64,000 bases of DNA. It comes from the human T2T-CHM13v2.0 reference genome, Homo sapiens. The position numbers and the translations under genes are program-made. Positions 40,280 to 58,942 of the stretch are shown here, in pieces. Under the pieces are notes generated by a model that made no database searches, was not told the DNA's origin, and worked only from the letters and a program-made list of their open reading frames with translations. Numbering within the stretch: the first letter of the stretch is position 1; every line of letters starts with the position of its first letter. The stretch lies in assembly GCF_009914755.1 (NCBI RefSeq), contig NC_060947.1, one strand, 5' to 3'.

Positions 40280-42708
40280 CCACTTATTTTTCATGTTGAT
40301 TTTCATATCCTGCAACTTTACTAAATTCATTTATTACTTCTAATATTCTTTATGAAGTCTTCAGGTTTTTCTATAAAGGAGTTCGGGTTTTCAAGAAACA
40401 GAGACAATTTTACATTTCCATTTTCAATTTGGATTCCCTTTCTTTATACTTCTTCTCTTACTGCTCTGGCTAGGGCGTTCAGTGCTACATTGAATAGAAG
40501 TGGCCAGATTAGGCATCCTTCTCTTATTCCTGATCTTAGAAGAGAAGTATTGAGCTTTAATGATTGAGGATAGTGTTAACTATAGACTTAATAAATATAT
40601 GGCATTTATTATATTGAGGATTATTATTTCTATGCCTAATTTGTTGAAAATGTTTTTATGAAAGAAATTTCAATTTTGTAACCTGCTTTTTCTGCATATA
40701 TCGAGATTATCATATAATTTTTATTTTTCATTCAGTCAATCAGATGTATCACATTAATTTATTTGCATATGTTAAAGCACATTTGCATCCCAGGGACAAT
40801 TCCCACTTTATCATGGAGTATTATCTTATGAATGTGCCATTAAATTCACTTTACTAATAATTTCTTTAGGATTTTTTAATCTATTTTTTATCAATAATAT
40901 TGGCGTGTCATTTCCTTTTTATATCATATTCTTTCCTGGCTTTAATATGGAAAATGCTGGCCTTGTGAAATGAGTTTGGAAGTGTTCCCTCCTCTTTAGT
41001 GTTTTGAAAGAGTTTGAGAAAAATTGGCATTAACTTGTACTGAAATGTTTGGTAGAATTCACCAATAAAGCCATTTGGCATATCCTTTGATCTGAGGTTT
41101 CTGATTACTCATTCAATATCCTTTCTCATTACTTTTCTGATAAGATTTTCTATATTTCAATGATTCATTTTTGTAAGTCGTGTGTTTCTAGGAATTCATC
41201 TATTTCTTCTATGTTATTTAATTTTTTATCATATAATTGTAGTCTCCTGTGATTGTCTGGATTTCTGTAGCCTCAGTGGTAATGTGTCATTTTTCAATTG
41301 TAATTTTATGTATTTGAGTTTTCCCTCTTATTTTTTGTTAGTGTAGCTAAATATTCATCCATTTTGTTTATATTTTCAGAGAACAGTTTTTTTATTGTTT
41401 CAGTAGTCTCATTTATTCCTGCTGTGTTCTTTTTCTCTTTTTTAAAAAAAGTTATGTTAAGTTCCAGGATACATATGCAAGACATGCAGGTTTGTTACAT
41501 AGGTAAGCATGTGCCATGGTGGTTTGCTGCACCTACCAATCCATCACCTAGGCATTAAGCCCCTGCATGCATTAGCTATTTATCCTGATGCTCTCCCTTC
41601 TCCCATTTCCCCCAACAGGCATCAGTGTGTGTTGTTCCCTTCCTGTGTCCATGTGTTCTCACTATTCAGCTCTCACTTATAAGTAAGAACATGCGATGTT
41701 TGGTTTTCTGTTCCTATGTTAGTTTGCTGAGGATAATGGCTTCCAGCTCCATCCATGCCTCTGCAAAGGACATGATCTTGTTCCTTTTTATGGATGCAGA
41801 GTATTCCATGGTATATATATATCACATTTTCTTTATCCAGTCTATCATTGATGGACATTTGGGTTGATTCCATGTCTTTGCTATTGTGAATAGTGCTGCA
41901 GTGAACATATGCATGCATGTATCTTTATAATAGAATGATTTATATTCCTTTTGGTACATACGCATTAATGGGATTGCTGAGTCAAATGATATTTCTGGTT
42001 CTGGGTCTTTGAGGAATCACCACACTGTCTTCCACAATGGTTGAACAAATTTATATTGCCACCAACAGGGTAAAAGCATTCCTATTTTTCCACATCTGCT
42101 GTGTTCTTTAAGTATCATCACTTCTGCTGACTTTCAGCTTATTTCATTATTTTTTTTCTAGTCCACTGAGGTATAAACGTAGGTTATTTGAGATATTCCT
42201 TTTTTTCTTCTTAATGTAGCTATTTATTGCTTTGAACATTCCTTTTAGAACTGCTTCTGCTGTATCTATAAGTTGTGTTATGTTTTGCTTCCATTTTTGT
42301 TTTTCTAATATATTTTTGTTTTCCTTTTGATTTCTGTGATCCATTGGTTGTTCAACATTATGTTGCTAAATTTTCACATATTTATGAATTTTCTAATTTC
42401 TATTTCATTACTGATTTCCAGTTTCATAGTATTGTAACTGGAAGAGATATGTGATATTTTATCAGTATTTGAAATTTGGAAAGACTTGATTTGTGTCCTA
42501 ATATATGGTCTGTTCTGAGAACGGCGTCATGCATACTTGAGAAAGTCATGTGTTCTTTTGCCACTAGATGGAATGCTTTGCATATTTCTGTAGGGTGTGT
42601 TTGGTGTATTGTGTTGTTCGAGTTCATTATTTCTTCATTGATTTTCTTTCCAGATGATTATCTTTAGTTGAATTTAGGGATATCAATGTCTTATATTATT
42701 AGTTATTA
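40280..42708 (-). mobile_element. Old L1M ORF2 fragment (RT to EN), interrupted by an L1PA
   Basis: Antisense RT motifs (ATCCTGCAACTTTACTAAATTC; GGCATCCTTCTCTTATTCCTGATCTTAG) and EN motifs (minus ORF RTDHILGHKSSLSKFQ). Confidence 0.85.
41433..42095 (-). mobile_element. 5'-truncated L1PA (about PA10/11) 3' end
   Basis: CCATCACCTAGGCATTAAGCCCCTGCATGCATTAGCTATTTATCCTGATGC. Perfect 14-bp TSD CTGCTGTGTTCTTT (41419-41432 and 42096-42109). Confidence 0.93.
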
Positions 42709-42709
42709 T

Positions 42710-45700
42710 TATTTTAATAATTTTACCTTTTACCTTAGATTCATGGGGGTATATGTACAGGTTTGTTACATGGATATATCATGTGATGCTGAAGTTTGGA
42801 GTATGATTGACACTGTCACCCAAATAATGATCATAGTACACAATAGTTTTTTAACCCTTACCGTCCCTTTTAGTAGTCTCCAGTATCTATTGTTGCCATC
42901 TTCATGTCCATGGGTACCCAATGTTTAGCTCTCACTTATTAGTGAGAACATGCAATATTTGGTTTTCTGTTTCTGTGATAATTTGCTTAGAATAATGGCC
43001 CCCAGCTGCATCCATGTTGTTCCAAAGGGTATGCTTCTGTTCTTTATTATGACTGCATAGTATTTCAAGATTTATATGTACCACATTTCCTTTACCAATC
43101 CCTCATTGATTGGCACCTTGGTTGATTACATGTCTTTGCTATTGTGAATAGTGCTGCAACAAACTTATAAGTACATGTGTCTTTTTGGTAGAACGGTTTA
43201 TTTTGTTTTGGATATATACTCAGTAATGAGATTGCTGGGTCAAATGGTAGTTTTGTTTCGGGTTCCTTCAGAAATCTCTAAACTGCTTTCCACACTTGCT
43301 GGACTAATTTACATTTGCACCAGTGTGTAAGTGATCCCCCTTTTATTTTTTTGCAACCTAGCCAACATATGCTATTTTGAAATGTTTAATCATAGGCATT
43401 CTGATTGGTGTGAAATGGTAACTCATTGTGGTTTTGACTTGCATTTCTCTAATGATTAGTAATGTTGGGCATTTTTTGTATGTTTGTTGGCCACTTGTAT
43501 GTTTTCCTTTTTGCCCACTTTAATTGGTGTTATTTGTTTATTGCTTGCTAAATTAACTTTCTTATAGATTCTGGATATTTGATATTTGTTGGATGCATAG
43601 TTTGTGAATATTTTATCCTTTTCTGTAAGTTGTCTGTGTATTCTGTTGATAGTTTCTTTTGCTGTGCAAAAGTTCTTTAGTATAATTGGGTCTTATTTGT
43701 CAATTTTTATTTCTATTGCAATTGCTTTTGAGTACTTAGTCATAAATTATTTGCCAAGGCTGATGTCCAGAATGGTATTTCTTAGATTTTCTTCTAGGAT
43801 TTTTAGGTCTTACATTTAAGACTTAAATCTGTCTTGAGTTAATTTTTGTACATGGTGAGAAGTAGTGATCCAGTTTTATTCTTCTTCATATGGTTAGCCA
43901 GCTATCTCAGCACTATTTATTGAATAGGTAGGTAGTCCTCTTCTTATTGCCTTGCTGTAGGTGTGCAGCTTTATTCCTGGGGTCTGTATTTTGTTCCATT
44001 GGTCTATGTTTCTTTTTTGTACAAGTACCATGCTGTTTTGGTTACTGTGGTCTTACGGTATAGTTTGAGGTTGAGTAATGTGATGTCTCTGGTTTTGTTC
44101 TTTTTTGCCTAGTATTGCTTTGGCCATTTGGGCTCTTTTTGTTTCCTTATTAATTTTAAAATGTTCTTTTTTTTGTCAAAAATGACCTTAGAAGCTTGGT
44201 AGGAAGAGTGTTAAATCTGTATACTGCTTTGGGCAGTATGGTCATTTTAACAAGATTAAGTCTTCCAATCCACGGGCATGCAATGTTTTTTGATTTTTTG
44301 TGTGTGTCATCTATGATATGTTTCAGCAGTATTTTGAAGTTCTTGTAGAGATCTTTTACCTCTCTGGTTAGATGTATTCCTAGCTGTTTAAATTTTTGTG
44401 CCTAATGTAAATGGAGACTCATTCTTTATTTGGCTGTCAGCTAGAAAGTAACTGGTATATAGAACTGCTACTGATTTTCATACATTTATTTTATATACTT
44501 AAGTTTTATTTAAGTGGTTTATCAATTTGAGGAGCCTTTTTGCGTAGCCTTTAGGATTTTCTAGGTATAGAATCATATCAGCAGTCAAGAGAGATAGTTT
44601 AAAATCTTCTATTTAGTTGCCTTTTATTTCTTTCTCTTTCCTGATTTCTCTTGTTTGGACTTTCAGTACTGTGTAGAATAAGAGTAGTGACAGTGAGCAT
44701 ACTTTTCTTCTTCCATTTATTAAGGGGAATATGTCCAATATTTGCCCATTCAATATGAGAGTGCATGTAGGTTGTGACAAATGACTCATGATTTTGTGGT
44801 ATGTTTCTTTGATGGCTAGTTCACTGAGGGGTTTCATCTTGAATAGATGTATTTTATCAAAAGTTTCTTGGGTCTATTGAGATGATTATATTTTTAAAAA
44901 ATTCTGTTTATGTGGCGAATCAAATTTATTGATTTGAATATGTTGAAGCAACCCTACATCCCAGGAATAAAATCCACTCAATCATGATGAATTGACTTTT
45001 TAATGTGCTGCTGGATTCAGTTTGCTAGTATTTTATTCAGGACTTTTGTGTCTATGTTTATCAGAGATACTGGCCTGCAGTTTCTTTTTTTCTTGTGTCT
45101 TTGCCAGAGACTGGTATCAAAATGAGGCTAGCTTTGTAGAATGAGAGAGATTAGTTCCTCCTTTTCAATTTTTTTGGTATAGTTTTAGTAGAATTAGTAC
45201 TAGTTCTTCTTTGCATGTCTGGTAGAATTTGACTGTGAATCCATGTGGTCCAGAGCTCCTTTTAGTTTATAGGTTTTGTATGACGTATTCAATTTTGAAT
45301 TTCCATAATAGCCTGTACAAGGTTTCCATTTATTCCTGATTCTGTCTTCAGCAGTTTTATTTTTCCCAAGAACTTACGCATTTCTCTATATTTTCAAGTT
45401 TGTTTGCACAGAAGTGTTAATAATAGTCTCTGAGGGTCTTTTTTATTTCTGTGGGGTTGATTGCAGTGTCACCTTTTTCGTAGCTAATTGCATTTATTTT
45501 TATCTTCTTTTTGTTGTTAATCTAGCTATTGTTAATGGTATTTCAATCTTGTTTATCCTTTCAGAGAATCAGTTTTTTGCTTAATTGATCCTTTGCATAG
45601 ATTTTCTGAATTTCATTCAGTTCTTCTCTGATTATAGTTATTTATTTTCTTCTGTTAGCTTTGGGGTTACTTTGTTCTTGTTTTTGTATTTCCTTTAAGG

Positions 45701-46367
45701 TGCAATGTCAGACTATTAATTTCAGATCTTTCTAACTTCTTGATGTTGTGTTTAGCTTTCATCTTACTGCTGTTTTTGGTACATTGTTTCTCTCTTTTCT
45801 TTTATTTCAATTTTTTAAATTTCTGCCTTAATTTTGTTGTTTACACAAAAGTCATTCACAAGCAAATTGTTTAATTTCCATGTAACTGTGTGTTTTGAGA
45901 GCTCTTCTTGGTAATGACTTGTAGTTTTATTCCACTGTAGTCCAAAAGTATGGTTGGTTTGATTTCAATATTTTTGAACTTATTGAGACATGCTTTATGG
46001 CAGAGTATGTTCTGTGTGCAGATAAGAAGAATGTGTATACTCTGATTGATGGATGGAGTTTTCTATAGGTGTCTATTAGTTCCAATAGTTCACATGTAAA
46101 ATATAAGTTGATAATTTATTCATTAGTTTTCTGCCTTGATGATCTATCTAATACTGTCACTGGGATGTTAAAATTTTCCATTATTATTGCATGACTGCCT
46201 AAGTATTTTTGTAGATTTAAAAGTACTTGTTTTATTAATGTGGATGCTTGAATGTTGGGTATGAATATATTTAGTAGAATTAAATCATCCTGTAAATTGG
46301 ACCCATTATCATTATGTAACATCCTTCTTTGCACACTTTTACTGTTGTTTATTTAAAAATCAGTTTT
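42710..46367 (-). mobile_element. L1PB4/L1PA16-like LINE-1 (3'UTR through ORF2 EN); continues at 52703
   Basis: Antisense 3'UTR GATTCATGGGGGTATATGTACAGGTTTGTTACATGGATAT. Minus ORFs LILNGQILDIFPL and LIKQVLLNLQK..IIMENFNIP..LDRSSRQK. Confidence 0.9.
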
Positions 46368-52335
<5,968 letters not shown>

Positions 52336-52702
52336 TTAGAGTATTCTGTATTTGGTTGTAATTTCTATTGTTCTGGCATATTAGATGTTGCCTCTTTAAT
52401 CTGTTGTATTTTTTCATGCAAAACTGCTTCAGTATTACATCATAATAATTTGCCCAGTTTTCCCAAGGATTGAAATGAGTGCTTTATTATTCAACAACAT
52501 ATCTTTTCTGGGAAAATATATTATTCTTTTGCCTACTATTTTCATTGGTTAAAAAATACACGTAATGTTTTAAACAAAAAAAACTTTTTAAAATATGTTG
52601 TTTAAATTAAACTTTTAAAAGAGAAACTATAGCTGGAAAGCAAATATATAGAAATATTTTAAATATTATTAATGAAATTCAAAAACACTCAAAAAAAAAA
52701 AA

Positions 52703-53055
52703 GTTCAACTTGCCATAATGTGCCTTATCAAGGGAGCATCTATACAATTTACATTGTAGGTTAATATTGATATGGGAGGTTTTGATTCTATTGTGAAGTT
52801 GTTAGCTGGTTCTTTTGTAGTTTCATTTGTGTATTTGCTTTATAGGTTCTGTGAGCTATGTACGTAAGTGTGATTTTGTGTTATCAGGTATGGCTCATTT
52901 GATTACATGCTTAGAACTTCTTTAACGACCATTTGTAGAGGTGGTCTAGTGGTGATGAATTTCTTTAACAGTTGTTTGTCTGCAAAAGATTTTATTTATC
53001 TTTGATTTATAAACCTTTGTGTGGTGGGATATAAAATTATTGGTTGGAATTTATT
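52703..53055 (-). mobile_element. Resumption of the minus-strand L1 from 42710-46367 (ORF2 start, spacer, ORF1 end)
   Basis: TTTACATTGTAGGTTAATATTGATATG (antisense HISILTLNVN region) and GGTCTAGTGGTGATGAATT..TTGTCTGCAAAAGATTTTATTT (antisense ORF1 C-terminus). Confidence 0.8.
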
Positions 53056-54045
53056 TTTTTAATTTTTAATATTTTAACTGTTATTTTAGTTTAAGGGCTA
53101 CATGTGCAGGTTTGTTGCATAGGTAAACTCATGACTCAGGTTTTGTGTACAGATAATTTTATCACCCAGGTACTAAAGCATAGTACCAGTTTCTTTTTTT
53201 TCTGAACCTCTCCATCCTCTCACCCTTCTCTCTCAAGTTGGCCCCAGTATCTGTTGTCTCCCTCTTTCTGTCCCTGTGTTCCCAGTATTTAGCTCCGCCT
53301 TATAAGTGAGAATATGCAATATTTGGTTTTCTGTTCCTGTGTTAGTTTGCTGAAGATAATGGCCTCCAGTTCCATCCATGTTCCTGCAAAGGACATGGTC
53401 TTGTTCTTTTTTATGGCTACATAGTATTCCAGGGTGTATTCCATGGTGTATATGTATTACACTTTCTTTATCCAGCCTACCATTGATGGGCATTTAAGTT
53501 GATTCAATATTGTATTAGCCCATTTTCACGCTGCTGATACAGACATACCCAAGACTGGGCAATTTACAGAAGAAAGAGGTTTAATGGAGAACTCACAGTC
53601 CCATGTGGCTGGGGAAGCCTCACAATCATGGTGGAAGACAAGGAGGAGCAAGTCATATTTTATGTGGATGGTGTGGATGGTGGCAGGCAAAGAGGGGACT
53701 TCTGCAGGCAAACTCCTGTTTTTTTTGTTTGTTTGTTTGTTAAGCCATATGATCTCATGAGCCTTATTCACTATCGTGAGAACAGCATGGGAAAGATCCA
53801 TCCCCATAATTCAATCACCTCCAACCAGGTTACTCCTACGACATTTGGGAATTGTGGGAGTTACAATTCAAGATGAGATTTGGGTGGGGATATAGGCAAT
53901 CCATATCAAATATAGTTGCTACTGTGAATGGTGCTGTAATGAACATATGTGTGCCTATGTCTTTATGGTAGAATGGTTTACATTCCTTTGTGTATACACC
54001 CAATAACAAATATTGGGTTAAAGGGTAGTTCTTTGAGGAATGCAT
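53056..54045 (-). mobile_element. Older L1PA (about PA13-16) 3' fragment, interrupted by THE1
   Basis: CATGTGCAGGTTTGTTGCATAGGTAAACTC...CTTATAAGTGAGAATATGC...; resumes at 53914. Confidence 0.87.
53511..53908 (-). mobile_element. THE1 (THE1B-like) MaLR solo LTR
   Basis: TGTATTAG..TTTCACGCTGCTGATA..ACATACCCAAGACTGGG...GATGAGATTTGGGTGGGGA..CCATATCA. Perfect 5-bp TSD AATAT. Confidence 0.94.
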
Positions 54046-57000
54046 AGAGACTGAAGAACATCTACTAGTATACAAGGAAAACATGACCTCATCAGATGAA
54101 CTAAATAAGGCACCAGGGACCAATCCTGGAGAAACAGAGATATGTGACCTTGCAGAGAATTCAAAATACCTGTTGAGAAAAAGCAAGGAAACGTAAAGTA
54201 ATAGAGAGAATAAATTCAGAATTCTATTGGTAAATTTAACAAAGAGATTAAAATAATTTAAAAGAATTAAGCAGAGATTCTGGAGCTGAAAAGAATGCAA
54301 TTGGCATGCTGAAGAATACACTAGAGACTTTTAATACCGGAATTAAGAAAGCAGAAGAATTAATGAATTCGAAGCCAAGCTATTTCAAATTACACAGTCA
54401 GAGGAGACCAAAGAAAAGAGAATACAAAACAATAAAGCAAACTTACAGGATCTATAAAATATCCTCCAAAGGGCAAATTTAAGAGTTGCTGTCCTTATAG
54501 TGGAGGTAAAAGAATAGATAGAAGTAGAGAGTTTATTCAAAGGGACAGTATCAGAGAACATCTCAAACCTAAAGAAAGGTATCAGTATCCAAGTACAAGA
54601 AGGTTATAGAACACCAAGTAGATTTAACCCAAAGAAGACTACCTCAAGACATTTAATAATTCAACTCCCAAAGCTTAAGGATAAAGAAAGGATCTTAAAA
54701 GCAACCAGAAAAAAAAGAAACAACATACAATGGAGCTCTAATACATCTGGCAGCAGAATTTTCAGTGGAAACCTTACAGGCAAGGAGAAAGTGGCGTGAC
54801 ATATTTAAAGTGCTGAAGCAAACAAATATTTTATCCTAGAATAGTATATCCAATTAAGTTATCCTTCAAATATGAAGGATTAATAAAGACTTTTCCAGAG
54901 AAACAAAAGCTGAGAGACTGCATCAATACCAGATTCGTCCTACAAGAAATGCTAAAAGGAGTACTTCAGTCAGAAAGAAAATGACATTAATGAGCAATAA
55001 ATAATCACCTGAAGGTATAAAACTCACTGGCAATAGTAACTACACAGAAAAACAACACAGAATATTATAACACTGTGATGGCAGTGTGTAAACTACTCTT
55101 ATCCTAAGTAGAAAGACTAAATGACAAACCAATAAAAACAATAGCTTCAACAACTTTTGAAGATATACTAAGTACTAAAAGATACAGAAGTAGAAATAAA
55201 AAAAGTTAAAAAGCAGAGTGGGAGAAGCAAAGAGAAGGCACAGAGTTTTTATTAGTTTTTTTGTTTGTTTATGTAAATAGTGTTGTTATCAGATTAAAAT
55301 AATGAGTTATAATATTCATGAGACTCGTGGTAACCTCAAACCAAAGAAGCATGCAGTAGAGACACAAAAAGTAAAAATTAAAAAAAACGAAATTATATTA
55401 CCAGAGAAAATCACCTTTACTAGAGGAAGACAGGAAGGGAAGAAAGAAAAAATAGAAGACCATAAAACAACCAGAAAAGAATAACAAAATTGCAGGAGTA
55501 AGTTCTTATTTATGAATAATAACACTGAGTGTAAATGAACTAAACTCTCCAATCAAAAGACAATAAATGGCTGAATATATTAAAGAACAATACCCGTTGA
55601 TCTGTTCCCTGAAAGAAAAACACTACACCTATAAAGATACACGTATATTAAAAATAAAGAGATGAAAAAACAGATTTCACGCTAATGAAAACCAAAAAGC
55701 AGGAGTAGCCATACTTATATCAGACAAAATAAGTTTCAAGACAAAAATCTGAAAAAAAAAAAAACAAGGAATGACACTATATAATGAAAGAAGTGTCTAT
55801 TCCGTCAGAAAATACAGCAAATTTAAATATAAATGCACCCAACACTGGAGCAAACAGACATATAAAGGAAATATTATTAGAGCTAAAGAGATATATAGGC
55901 CTCAATACAATATAGCTGAAAACTTCAACACTCCACTTTCAGCATTGGGCAGATCTTCCTGACAGAAAATCAACAACAACAAAAAATCGGACTTAATCTG
56001 CATAATAAACCAAACAGATCTAATAGATATTTACAGAACATTTCATTCAAGAGCTCTAAAATATGCATTGTTTTTCTCAGCACATGAATTATTCTCAAGG
56101 ACGGACTATATGTTAAGTTACAGAAAAATCACAAAACATACAGAAAATTGAAATAATATCAAACAACTCCTCTGATCACAATGGAATAAAACTAGAAATT
56201 AAAAACAAGAAGAATTTTGGAAACTACACAAATGCATGGAAATTAAACAATATGCTCCTGAATGGTCAGTGGGTCAATAAAGAAATTAAGAAGGAAATTA
56301 AAAAGTTCTTGAAACAAACGGTAATGGAAACACAACATACAAAAAAAATGGGAATTATTTGGAATATTATTTGGAAAAATATATGGAAATTAAACAATAT
56401 GCTCCTGAATGGTCAGTGGGTCAATAAAGAAATTAAGAAGGAAATTAAAAAGTTCTTGAAACAAATGGTAATGGAAACACAACATACAAAAAAAATATGG
56501 CAAAAGCAATACTAACAGGGAAGTTAAGAGCTATTAGTGCCTAGATCAAGAAACAGGAAAAACTTCAAAAAAAAAACAATCTAATGGTAAATTTTAAAGA
56601 ACTAGAAAAGCAAAAGCAAACCAAATCCAACATTCATAGAAAAAAGAAATAATAAATATCAGATGAGAAATAAATGAAATTGAAATGAAAATAGTACAAA
56701 AGATCAACAAAACAAAAAAGTGCTTTTTAAAAGTTAAACAAATTTGACAAACCATTAGTAAGACTAAGAAAAAAAGGAAAGAAGATCCAAATAAATAAAA
56801 TCAGAAATGAAAACGGAGGCACTGATAGTGAAGAAATTCAAAGGATCATTAGTGGCTACTGTGAGAAACTATATTTCAATAAGTTGGAACATATAGAATC
56901 AATGAACACATTCCTAGATACATACAACATACAAAGATTGAACCAGGAAGAAATCCAAAATCTGAACATACCTATAACAAGTAATGAGATCAAAGGTGTA

Positions 57001-58502
57001 ATAAAATGTCTCCAAGTAAAAAAAAACTTGGAACCTGATCACTTCATTGCTGAATTCTACCAAACGTTGCAAGAAGAATGAATAGCAATCCTACTCAAAC
57101 AATTCCAAAAGCTATAGGAGGAGAAAATACTTGCAAACTCATTGTATGAGGCTAGTATTACCCCAATACCAAACCCAGGTGAGGATATATCTGAAAAAGA
57201 AAATTAGAGGACAATATTTCTGATGAATATTGATGCAGCAATTCTCAACAAAATAGCGAACAGAATTCAATAATTAATACATTTTAAATATCATTCAACA
57301 TGACCAAGTGGAATTTATTCTTGGGAAGCAAATATTGATCAAATTATACATATAAATCAAATTGACACAACATATCAACAGAATGAAGGATAAAATCCAT
57401 ATATTCATTTAAATTGATGCCAAAAAAGCATTTCATGAAATTCAACATCTCTTCATAATAAACCCCCCCGTAAAAAAAACTGATAATAGAAGGAACATAT
57501 CTAAACACAATAAATGCCGAATATAACAAACCCACAGCTAGTATCATACTAAATGGGGAAAATTGAAAGCTTTTTCCTTAAGATATGGAACATGACAAGG
57601 ATGCTCACTGTCACCACTGTTACTTAACATAGCACTGGAAGTCCTAGGTAGAGCAATCAGACAAGAGAAAGATATAAAGGGGATCCAAATTGGAAAGAAA
57701 GAAGTCAAATTATCTTTGTATGCAGATGATGTGAACTTATATTTGAAAAAAAAAAACAAAGATTCCTCCAAAAGCTATTCCAACTGATAAACAAATTCAA
57801 AGTTGCATGATACAAAATTAACATGCAAAATTCTGTAGCATTTCTATATGTCAGTAGTAATCAATGTAAAATAGAAGTAAAAAAGTAATAGCCACACATA
57901 AATTAAATACCAAGAATTAACCAAAGAAGTGAAATAAATCTATAATAAAAACTATAAAACACTGATGAAGGAAATTGAACAGGACACCAAAAAAAAAAAG
58001 AAAAATATTTTATGTTCATGGATTGGAAGAATCAATATTGTTAAAATGTTCATACTGCTCAAAATAGATTCAGTGAAATCTCTATCAATGTACCAATGAC
58101 ATTCTTCACATAAATAGAAAAAAAAATCCAAAAATTTATATGGAACCACAAAAGACCCAGAATAGCTAAAGCTATTTTAAGCAAAAATATTAAAACTGGA
58201 TGAATCACATTGCCTGACTGAAAATTATACTACAGAGCTATAGTAATCAAAACAGCATGATACTGGCATAAAAACAGACATATAGACCATTTGAACAGAA
58301 TAGACAATCCAGAAACAAATCCATGCACCTACAGGGAGCTCATCTTCGAAAAATTCTCCAAGAAAACACACTGAGGAAAAGAAAGTCTCTTTTGTAAACG
58401 GTGCTGGGAAAACTGAATATCCAGATGCAGAAGAATGAAACTAGACCCATATCTGTCACCATATACAAAAATCAAATCAGAATGGTTTAAAGACTTAAAT
58501 CA
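54046..58502 (+). mobile_element. L1M (L1MA-type) ORF1, long inter-ORF spacer and most of ORF2; interrupted by the L1PA at 58503
   Basis: ORF1-like GGAAAACATGACCTCA..AAATAAGGCACCAGGGACCAATCCTGGAG. ORF2 fragments MLLNGQWVNKEIKKEIKKFL and NTFLDTYNIQRLNQEEIQNLN. TATGCAGATGAT encodes YADD. Confidence 0.9.
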
Positions 58503-58678
58503 GGCTCTCAGGTCCAAGACGGCTGAACAGGAACAGCTCCAGTCTACAGCTCCCAGCATGAGTGACACAGAAGACAGGTGATTTCTGCATTTCCAACTGA
58601 GGTACAGGGTTCATCTCACTGGGGCTTGTTGGGCAGTGGGTGCAGCCCATGGAGTGTGAGCCGAAGCAGGGCAGGGCA

Positions 58679-58942
58679 TCACCTCACCCGGGGAGTGTGA
58701 GGGGTTGAGGAATTCCCTTTCTTAGCCAAGGGAAGCCGTGACAGATGGTACCTGGAAAATCGGGACACTCCAACCCTAATACTGCACTTTTCCAACAGTC
58801 TAAGCAAATGGCACACCAGGAGATTATATTCTGTGCCTGGCTCAGAGGGTCCTATGACCATGGAGCCTCACTTATTGCTAGCACAGCAGTCTGAGATCAA
58901 GCCACAAGGCGGCAGCAAGGCTGGGGGAGGGGCATCTGCCAT
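58679..58942 (-). pseudogene. L1 antisense ORF0 homolog with one in-frame stop
   Basis: MADAPPPALLPPCGLISDCCASNK*GSMVIGPSEPG..EKCSIRVGVSRFSR aligns with primate L1 ORF0 (MAGAPPPASLPPCSLISDCCASNQRDSVGVGPSEPG..., from memory). TGA at 58868-58870. Confidence 0.8.

Noticed and set aside
53836-54321. 161-aa minus-strand ORF
   Set aside because: It spans three unrelated repeat fragments (L1M ORF1 antisense, an L1PA 3' fragment and THE1).
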